A stretch of 19,003 nucleotides of DNA from an uncultured Eubacteriales bacterium. Lineage in GTDB: Bacteria > Bacillota > Clostridia > Christensenellales > UBA1242. Below, in pieces: positions 6,449 through 13,900 of this stretch. The notes below the pieces were generated by a model that saw nothing but the letters and a program-made list of their open reading frames with translations, searched no databases and was not told where the DNA came from. The stretch is taken from assembly GCA_948514155.1 (NCBI GenBank), contig CAOQYA010000011.1, forward strand, positions 1-19,003, in the 5' to 3' direction. Made by a program: the position numbers and the translations under genes. The stretch's first letter is position 1. The number at the start of each line of letters is the position of its first letter.

Positions 6449-6673
6449 CTCTTGAAAAAAATATATAATAAAAAAACGCCCATGTCAACATCTAAATCTC
6501 AGACGAGGTCTGGCGTTAGATGTCAGAGCGTTTTATGTTCTTCCACCGCAACTAATATGCTATCACAGCGGTTAGAAAAGAGAAAGGTTCCTTCGCTTTG
6601 CAGCACGGGAGTGCTCGCATGAGCGGCTCAAATCTGGCTGTTTTTTATTATTTCACCTTTGGAAATTCAAAAG
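6449..6673 (-). ncRNA. DGR spacer RNA between TR and RT (part of the presumed avd-TR-spacer template/priming RNA)
   Basis: This is a non-coding 225-nt gap with dense inverted repeats. It contains a nested stem-loop (6473-6479 pairs with 6528-6534, 6488-6495 with 6516-6523, 6500-6504 with 6508-6512). It also contains GCAC-GGGA-GTGC (6603-6614), GCTC-GCAT-GAGC (6613-6624) and ACCGC...GCGGT (6545-6572). Its position matches the functional spacer of characterised DGR RNAs. Confidence 0.5.
6455..6534 (-). terminator. Terminator-like nested hairpin plus T-rich tract just upstream of the RT start, a possible 3' boundary or attenuator of the TR-spacer RNA
   Basis: The minus strand reads AAAACGC...ACATCTAA..CAGAC-ctc-GTCTG..TTAGATGT...GCGTTTTTTTATTATATATTTTTTT, followed by the RT GTG. 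The stems are AT-rich, so termination efficiency is unknown. Confidence 0.35.
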
Positions 6674-6794
6674 CGAAGCGGGCCGGAAGCCATTTTTGCG
6701 TTTGTTTGGTTTATTCCATTTCTTATTGCCGTCAGAGCCCACGACACGAACATTATTATTATCATTCTTAGAAGCGGACCACCACCAAGAGGCA
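6674..6794 (-). repeat. DGR template repeat (TR)
   Basis: This is the non-coding counterpart of the VR. Its coding-sense conceptual translation is ASWWWSASKNDNNNVRVVGSDGNKKWNKPNKRKNGFRPAS, rich in AAT/AAC/AAA/AAG codons. I count about 35 adenines by eye, and 16 of them differ in the VR. It lies between avd and the RT. Confidence 0.9.
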
Positions 6795-6838
6795 AAATCT
6801 AACAAACAATCTTTCCCTTAAATAAATCCTTTCGGATG

Positions 6839-7345
6839 TTATCTTGAATTTTTTGTTCGCCAGCGGTCGCGGTCGGAACTTTTCCACGCCACCGTCAAAC
6901 TTATTGCCTCGGCAGTTTGCATGGAAATCTGATTAAACTGCTTTTTTGTGAGGCAGCCGGCATTTTCGGCCAGAAATGCGATGTAGCCAAGCATTTTAAG
7001 TTTTATTATCGCCTCCGTTTGAAAACTTTGGCGGTCGCTATAATTTTTCACATCGTCCATTCGCAGAAAGTTTGCACGCATCAGATTTTCAACTGTGTCA
7101 AGAGAAAGATTTATCATGCGATTAACAAACGAACTTCTAAACTTTGCCGGCGCTTTTGCGGTGATTGTAACAATGTATGCCGAAAGTTTTTTCGTGACTG
7201 TGACAGCCACCAAGTCATTAACATTATGTGGCAAATTTATGTCGCACTCCGCCCACTGCTCCTCTCTCGCCCTTCGATTTTCTTTGGCGGCTTCCACATT
7301 TAAGTGTTTGCCATTTGCCTTTGCAATTGTTTTTTTTGATTGCAA
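6839..7345 (-). CDS. avd: Avd-like accessory variability determinant (four-helix-bundle family); start uncertain
   Basis: The 168-aa ORF lies immediately 5' of the TR, which is the canonical avd position. The C-terminal roughly 125 aa look helical and Avd-like (..SFVNRMINLSLDTVENLMRANFL...AIIKLKMLGYIAFLAENAGCLTKKQFNQISMQTAEAISLTVAWKSSDR). The annotated TTG start has AGGA only 2 nt upstream, which is poor spacing. The true start may be internal, since typical Avd proteins are about 110-130 aa. Confidence 0.6.
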   Translation of the reverse strand: MQSKKTIAKANGKHLNVEAAKENRRAREEQWAECDINLPHNVNDLVAVTVTKKLSAYIVTITAKAPAKFRSSFVNRMINLSLDTVENLMRANFLRMDDVKNYSDRQSFQTEAIIKLKMLGYIAFLAENAGCLTKKQFNQISMQTAEAISLTVAWKSSDRDRWRTKNSR

Positions 7346-7437
7346 TTTCCTCTTCGGCCGAGACTATGTCGCTGGAGCCAATGTCAATTTTCCTTGGAAT
7401 TCTAAGTCCGTTTTTTCTGCTTATTTCTGTCAATATT

Positions 7438-8628
7438 TTAAACCTTTTTTCTTAAGATGTCGCCTTTCGAAAGGGAAAGTGGAATGTCGGCACAAAATCG
7501 CATTTCGGCAACATTGGCTTTGTCAATCTTGTTTCCGTCAAGGTCGGTCAAATTTTCAAGTTTAAAGGTTTTGTTATGCACGCTTGCGTCGGGGCTCAAA
7601 ACTTCCACCTCGTCGCCCTCTGCAAGGAAATTTCGCTGCTGAATAAGCGCCCTGCCATTTTCCATTTTTTCAATCACGCCCACAAATTCGTGCGTCTGAT
7701 ATGGCGAAGAACTTTCTCGATATTGTCTGTCTTCCTCCTCGAAATAAAAGCCGGTTGTAAAGCGGCGGTGGCTGGTCTTTTCAAGTTCTCTCACAAACTC
7801 CTCGTCTGCTTCTTGTGGCAAGATGTCAAGCGCCTTACGATAGGCGTTTGTCACGCAAGCAACATAGTATGCGGACTTCATTCTGCCCTCAATTTTCAGC
7901 GAGGCAATGCCCGCATCTTCAAGTTCTTTTAGGTGCCTAATCAGGCAGAGGTCTTTGGAGTTAAATATGTAAGTCCCGCGCTCGTCCTGCTCAATCGGCA
8001 TGTCGCCCTCACGGCGCACCTCTTTAACAACATATTTCCAGCGGCAGGCCTGCACGCACTCGCCGCGATTTGCGCCGCGGCCGGTGAGATAGTCGGACAA
8101 AAGGCAGCGCCCCGAATAGGACATGCACATCGCCCCATGCACAAAGCACTCGATTTCCACTCTGCCTTGAAGCGCTTTTGCGATTTTTGAAATTTCTTTA
8201 AGCGAAAGTTCCCTGGCAAGCACAATTCTCTTAACGCCCAGCCTTTCCAAAAACTTAGCCGTCTCAAGATTTGTGACATTTGCTTGGGTGCTCACATGCA
8301 CATCAAGGCAAGGAAAGTTTTCGCGAATGAAAGAGATAAGCCCTAGGTCGGAAACAATAACAGCGTCAACATTTGCTTCCACAAGGCTATGGAGATATTC
8401 GCGCATATTCTTAAAATCGTCGTCGCGGGCAAGAATATTGACGGTCACATACACCTTTTTGCCTTGCTCGTGAGCAATTTTTGTGGCATCCTTAATCTCT
8501 TCAATCGAAAAATTGCCGGCAAAAGCCCTCAGCCCGAACGCTTGTCCAGAAAGATAGACCGCGTCCGCGCCGAAGCGAATTGCTGTTAAAAATTTTTCAA
8601 AATTGCCCGCAGGCGCAAGAAGTTCCAT
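7438..8628 (-). CDS. Peptidase U32 family protein (collagenase-like / RNA-hydroxylation family)
   Basis: The 396-aa ORF has the typical U32 N terminus MELLAPAGNFEKFLTAIRFGADAVYLSG..FGLRAFAGNF and the conserved E.FVHGAMCMSYSGRCLLS segment. AGGTGAG precedes the ATG, and the gene starts 7 nt after the tsaD stop. Confidence 0.9.
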   Translation of the reverse strand: MELLAPAGNFEKFLTAIRFGADAVYLSGQAFGLRAFAGNFSIEEIKDATKIAHEQGKKVYVTVNILARDDDFKNMREYLHSLVEANVDAVIVSDLGLISFIRENFPCLDVHVSTQANVTNLETAKFLERLGVKRIVLARELSLKEISKIAKALQGRVEIECFVHGAMCMSYSGRCLLSDYLTGRGANRGECVQACRWKYVVKEVRREGDMPIEQDERGTYIFNSKDLCLIRHLKELEDAGIASLKIEGRMKSAYYVACVTNAYRKALDILPQEADEEFVRELEKTSHRRFTTGFYFEEEDRQYRESSSPYQTHEFVGVIEKMENGRALIQQRNFLAEGDEVEVLSPDASVHNKTFKLENLTDLDGNKIDKANVAEMRFCADIPLSLSKGDILRKKV

Positions 8629-8635
8629 GTCTCAC

Positions 8636-9688
8636 CTATAAATCAATCGAAGGCTTAGCCGTTAAATCTAAACTTGCAAGCCCCATGCCTTTTCTGATGT
8701 AATAATATGCCGCCGAGCCAATCATGGCCGCGTTGTCTGTGCAATATTTAAGTTTTGGATAATATGCCTCAAAGCCGTTTTCCTTGCAAGCCTTTTCAAT
8801 CTTTTCTTGCAAAATGGAGTTCGCACCCACTCCGCCGGCAATGACAATCTTCTTCTGCCCCGAAAGTTTCATTGCACGAATGGCTTTTTCCACAAGTTCG
8901 TTTGTCACGCTCTCTTCAAAACTGCAAGCGATGTCGGCCTTGGAATAAGGCTCTTTTTTCTGCTCAAATTTGTGAACATAGTTGATAACAGAGGTCTTGA
9001 TGCCGCTGAAAGAGAAGTTTAAGGTGTTATGCAGCGAGTTGGAGACGGTGAACTTAATGTTGTTCTTCCCCTCTCTTGCAAGTTTGTCAATCTCCGGGCC
9101 GCCGGGATATGGAAGGCCCAGCACGCGTGCAACTTTGTCAAACGCCTCGCCGGCCGCATCGTCCACGGTGGAGCCAAGCATCTTAAACTTGTTGTAGTCG
9201 GAAATTTTAAGAAGAGCGGTGTGTCCGCCGCTGACCATGAGGCACATAAAAGGCGGCTCAAGGTCGGGATGCGAAATATAGTTGGAAGCAATGTGCCCGT
9301 GCACATGATTGACAGCAATCAGCGGCTTATTCAAACTGTAACTGAGGCCTTTAGCAAAGTTCACGCCAACAAGCAGCGCGCCCATGAGCCCTGCGCCATA
9401 TGTGACCGCAATCGCGTCCAAGTCTTGAGGCTTAATTCCCGCTTCCTTAATCGCCTCTTCATACAAGTTGGAAATTGCCATAAGGTGATTGCGGGATGCA
9501 ATCTCCGGCACAACGCCGCCAAAGCGTCTGTGAATTTCAATCTGCGAAGAAACAAGATTTGATAAAACTTCCCTGCCATTTTTGACGATGCTGATTGCAG
9601 TCTCGTCGCAAGAACTTTCAATGGCAAGAATAATTAAATCTTTTTTGTTTTTGAGAGCGGCAAACTCGGCCGCCATGTATTTTTTCAT
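8636..9688 (-). CDS. tsaD: tRNA N6-adenosine threonylcarbamoyltransferase TsaD
   Basis: The 350-aa ORF contains ILAIESSCDETAISIV, the VNHVHGHI metal-binding motif, and SGGHT and GGVGAN motifs typical of Kae1/TsaD. AGAGGA precedes the ATG. Confidence 0.95.
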   Translation of the reverse strand: MKKYMAAEFAALKNKKDLIILAIESSCDETAISIVKNGREVLSNLVSSQIEIHRRFGGVVPEIASRNHLMAISNLYEEAIKEAGIKPQDLDAIAVTYGAGLMGALLVGVNFAKGLSYSLNKPLIAVNHVHGHIASNYISHPDLEPPFMCLMVSGGHTALLKISDYNKFKMLGSTVDDAAGEAFDKVARVLGLPYPGGPEIDKLAREGKNNIKFTVSNSLHNTLNFSFSGIKTSVINYVHKFEQKKEPYSKADIACSFEESVTNELVEKAIRAMKLSGQKKIVIAGGVGANSILQEKIEKACKENGFEAYYPKLKYCTDNAAMIGSAAYYYIRKGMGLASLDLTAKPSIDL

Positions 9689-9696
9689 ATTTCCTC

Positions 9697-10792
9697 TTAT
9701 ATCTTTTGCAAATAACTGTTAATAAATTCTTGAATGTCGCCGTTCATGACCGACTGAATGTCGCTGGTCTCATAGCCGGTGCGGTGGTCTTTGACAAGGG
9801 TGTATGGGCAGAAAACATAACTGCGAATTTGGCTGCCCCATTCGATTTTTTTAATCTCTCCCTTAATCTCGGCCATGTGCTCCATTTCCTCACGCTCCTT
9901 CTTTTCGGCAAGGCGAGAAAGAAGCATTTTCATGGCAACTTCGCGATTTTGAATTTGCGAGCGCTGGGTCTGGCAAGAAACGACGATGCCAGTTGGGATG
10001 TGAGTTATTCGAATTGCCGACTCGGTCTTGTTGATGTGCTGGCCGCCGGCGCCGCTGGAGCGGAAGGTGTCGATTTTAAGTTCGTCGGACTTAACTTCAA
10101 TCTCGCCGCCCTCCTCAAGTTCGGGCATAACTTCCACGCTTGCAAAACTGGTGTGCCTGCGCGAGTTAGAGTCGAAAGGCGAAATTCTAACAAGTCTATG
10201 AATGCCTTTTTCGGCTTTAAGATAGCCATATGCATTTTCGCCGGAAATGATAAAGTTAATGTTTTTAATGCCCGCCTCGTCACCCTCGAGCACATCGAGA
10301 ACGGTCAGTTTAAAGCCGTTTTTCTCGGCATACATCGAATACATCCTAAACAGCATGTCCGCCCAGTCCTGCGCTTCGGTGCCGCCCGCGCCCGCATGGA
10401 TGTTCATAATCGCATTTGCGCCGTCATATTTTCCCGATAAAAGAGTGACAATTTTAAGGGCGTCCTGCTTTTTTTCAAAGCCAATTAAAGACTGTTTCAA
10501 CTCTTCAAAAAGTTCGTTATCTTCTTCCAGTTCGCAAAGTTCCAAAAGCGCCGAAATGTCGCTTGCATTGGCATCAAGGCCTGCCACTTCAGAGAGCAGT
10601 TTTTCCTTGCTTCTAAGTTTTTTTCCCACCTCGCTCACTCTGGCCGCGTCGAGATAGAAGTCGCTTTCAAGTTGCTGCGCTTTAAGGTCTTCAACTTCCT
10701 TTTCTAGTTTAGCGGTGTCAAAGACACTCCTTTAAGAAGTTAAAGTTTTCTTCAAGAGTTTTAAATTTCATTTTTTCGTTATCAATAACCAT
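9697..10792 (-). CDS. prfB: Peptide chain release factor 2, requiring a programmed +1 frameshift at 10720
   Basis: The ORF-track fragment 9697-10638 carries the SPF (ISPFDS) and GGQ (SGAGGQHINKTESAIRITH) motifs. My own translation of the upstream frame gives MVIDNEKMKFKTLEENFNFLKECL, then TGA. Shifting +1 at CTT TGA C continues as DTAKLEKEVEDLKAQQLESDFYLDAARVSEVGKK..., which joins the listed ORF. The total is about 364 aa. Confidence 0.9.
10717..10731 (-). promoter_or_regulatory. RF2 autoregulatory +1 frameshift site
   Basis: The minus strand reads AGGAG TGT CTT TGA C. That is an internal Shine-Dalgarno-like AGGAG 3 nt before the slippery CUU-UGA-C, the same architecture as E. coli AGGGGG TAT CTT TGA C. 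Confidence 0.85.
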
Positions 10793-10815
10793 ATCAATCT
10801 CGCTTTTACGGAAAG

Positions 10816-10844
10816 AGTATATCAAAATAAAAATGTTTTGTCAA
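10816..10844 (-). promoter_or_regulatory. Candidate SigA-type promoter of the prfB-tsaD-U32 operon
   Basis: The minus strand reads TTGACA (10844-10839), a 17-nt spacer, then TATACT (10821-10816). It lies about 24 nt upstream of the prfB ATG. Confidence 0.6.
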
Positions 10845-10859
10845 AGCATCTATAGCCTC

Positions 10860-10881
10860 AAAAAAAGGGGCCTCGCCCCTT
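10860..10881 (-). terminator. Rho-independent terminator after the 1285-aa surface protein gene
   Basis: The minus strand reads GGGGC-GAG-GCCCC followed by TTTTTTT, about 40 nt after the stop codon. Confidence 0.8.
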
Positions 10882-10920
10882 CTTTAGTTTTTTAACATTT
10901 TCCATCTTTCAAAACTGCTC

Positions 10921-13900
10921 CTACGCCACAGCCGTAAAACCATTCTCCTTCAAAAAGCCCACAATATTTATGTCTGTTTCAAGAAATTCCTCCTGCCACA
11001 AGAAACTTTTAATAAACGGCACGGACGAAATTTCAAGACCATCATATAGCCCCCAAATTTCATTGCTGAAAGCGCTTTCTTCCGTCTCGTCTTGACCGAG
11101 AATGTAGTTTTTAAATATTGTCGCATCTCCACTTTCACTTTTCTTTAGAGTAGCATCATAGTAGCAACTTGAAAACTCGGTGCTGCCGTTGTTGTTATAC
11201 ACGAACGGCAAAGCCCTGGCTGAAGAACTTATTATTTCGCCTTTGAAAGCGCAGTTCGACGCGGTGAGTTTATTGGTGTTAACTGCGCCGACCAAGCCCC
11301 CTATTCCATAGGCAGACGAGGACAGCGAGCCGCCTTTTAATTTGGCAATGGCATAGCAACTATCAATGTTTGTATTTTTGTTGGTGTAAGCAAGAATTCC
11401 GCCAACAGCAAGCGAAGAGGATGTGACGCTGCCATTATAGAACGCCCTTGTTATCTTTAATGGCTGGCTGGCATTAGATGTGAAACTTCCAAGAATTCCG
11501 CCCGCATATGACACATTGCTGCTTCCATTATTTGCCACAACATCGCATATAGACAAAACATCGGTGATTGTCAGGTTTGACCCGGCAGTTGTAATGGTGC
11601 TATCTCCAACAATTCCGCCTGCAGCGCTCTTGCCAGTAATATTTCCAATGTTCGAGCAGTTCTCGATGGTGCCCGCAAAAACTCCGCAAATTCCGCCTGC
11701 AAAGGTGCCTATAACATCAGCCGAGTTTTTGCAGCCCGATATTTTGGCCATTCCATAAGCCATAATTCCTCCCGAATAGCCGTTTGCATTGTTAATCTTG
11801 CCATAGTTTATGCAGTTATTAATAATTGTCTCACCGTTCGTGTTGAGAACTCCATAACCAGCAATTCCGCCTGCATATTTTTGACTGCCTGTAGCGTTTA
11901 ACTCCCCATAATTTAAGCAATTTGAAAAGGTACAGCCCGCTCCACCATAACCAATTCCTGCCAAATATTGCCCTGTTAAACTTCCAAAATTAATACAATT
12001 ATTAACAATTGTTCCACCAATGCCTTCTGCGCGATCTATGGCCGAGACTACACTCGCGTAGTTCACACTATTATCAACATATCTTCTACCAGTGCCATTC
12101 GTTGCCCCAATAATGCCTCCAGCACTAGTCTGAGCCTTAATCTGCCCGCTAACAAAGCAGTTATCGACATCAACAATTGAAGTTGGTGCTTTAAATGCCA
12201 AAAGTCCTCCAGCAGAGCCGCTTTTTGACACGATATCAGCATCAATAACGTGAACATTTGAAAAATAAGGAGAACCATTAACTATATAACCGGTCAGTCC
12301 TGCATAATCGTTAGCACGAACAGTCAAATTTTCAAAAGTCGTATCGTATATATACAAACTACTATTAACTTTGTTAATAAAGCCAGCACTGACAGTTGTT
12401 TCATAGCCCGCGTTTATATTGGAAATTGTATGTCCTTGACCATAAAGATTAATCGATTGAGGAAAAATCGTGTCTGTGCCTATGCCGTCCCACTTGTATG
12501 CCCCTAGGTCTATATCTGCTTCCAAATAAACATAGAATTGACTGGCAGCAGTGCATTCAGTAAGCCACGCAAGTTCTTCTGCTGTGTAAATGTGCCACGG
12601 GCTGGCCTGACTGCCGCTTCCCTCTCTAGGTTTAATTTTACGCTGGCTCCATAAATTATTCGAAGTCTTATCTGTAAGACCATAGTATTTCATGAAAGAA
12701 ACATTTAAAGGAAACACATATCGCCACTGCTGATTATCTACATCTTTCTCACTCCAAACTGTAAGGTCGAAACTGGTTGGAATAGATGTCGAATTTTTAT
12801 ATTCTACTTCTTGAACGCTATTTGCGACTATGTTATCTGACACGACCATACAAGACAGGTTTTTATCGGTAAAAAATTTAACTGTTCCAAAAGGCAAGCC
12901 ATTTCTCGTTATGCTAATATCAGCCCCAACGAGACAGTCATAAGCATAGTATGATGTCGACGAAAAACCTGCAACATAAACATTCGCTTGATTGCTTGTT
13001 GTTTGTATATTGATTTTTCCAGTGAAAACAAATTGTTTTAAATTTTCTCTTGTTAATGTTGGACCGCCATAAACATTCACATAATTAGTCGAATTTATTT
13101 TCACTTCAGCATCTAAAACAGAAAATCCACCATGTGAAGAATTTTTATTGCTCTGAAAAATTCCTTGTGTAAAACAATAAAGCGTAAAGGCATTTTTAGT
13201 AGTAACATCCACATCAAGTTTTTGAACGGAGACTTGATATAAATTTCCGTTGTAGTAGTTGCTGTTTCCTGCTGCAATTATTCCAACAGTTGCATTTTTT
13301 GCATTCTCACCTATAATTCTTGGGCTTTCGATGATTGTGTTGCTGACAGAAACGACAGCACTCGTTGCTGCTCTCACGAATAAGCCTGTGGTAAACCTGT
13401 AACTCAATGATTTTTCGTAATCAAGATTTATTGTCATGTTTCTAATAACATGATCTTTTCCTATTAAAATCACCTCTTTTTTTATCGGTGTCCAATATTT
13501 GTCAACTAAATCAATATCGCTTTCAAGTTCAATTTGCACTTTATTTGGGCCATTATTTATAAACCAAGCTAGTTCATTTGCATTTCTGACCCTATATGTA
13601 GGAGTTGCTGTTGCGGCAGTTTGATAAGGCTTCTTGCTGTAATCTTCCCAATATTCAACGCTAACAAAATTGGTGTTCAACGAATAATACTCTATTAGAC
13701 AATCATTATCAGGAATGATATATTTGAAAGAACTTGTTAAGTCTGCATCTGACCAAATATTTTTGTCGTAGCCTTCTGGAACAACTGTAATATTGTCTTC
13801 TGGCCTAACTGTATTCAGATTAGATGTCACCTTATTAAATCTAATTTTATTTGCCGGAGTTGTCGCCTCTAATTCATATGAAAAGTTTATGAAGCAATTT

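Noticed and set aside
6674-6794. The 121-nt repeat could be read as a decayed duplicate or pseudogene fragment of the 5' part of the target gene, and not as a DGR template.
   Set aside because: Random decay would spread mismatches over all bases and would include indels. Here there are no indels and 16 of 17 differences sit at adenines of one copy only. That copy is non-coding and lies between an avd-like gene and an RT with DGR motifs.
7346-7437. A possible avd/DGR promoter or U32 terminator in the U32-avd gap, based on two TTGACA hexamers and the TCGGCCGA palindrome.
   Set aside because: Neither TTGACA has a good -10 hexamer at 16-18 nt spacing. The palindrome has no loop and no T-run. I could not support either call from the sequence alone.
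9706-10440. A plus-strand 244-aa ORF, the largest of the antisense ORFs. The same pattern applies to 3059-3457, 3519-4064, 7095-7565, 9029-9562 and 18030-18536.
   Set aside because: Each lies fully antisense to a conserved housekeeping or DGR gene (prfB, tsaD, U32, yloV, the ATPase). None has a start context or recognisable motifs.
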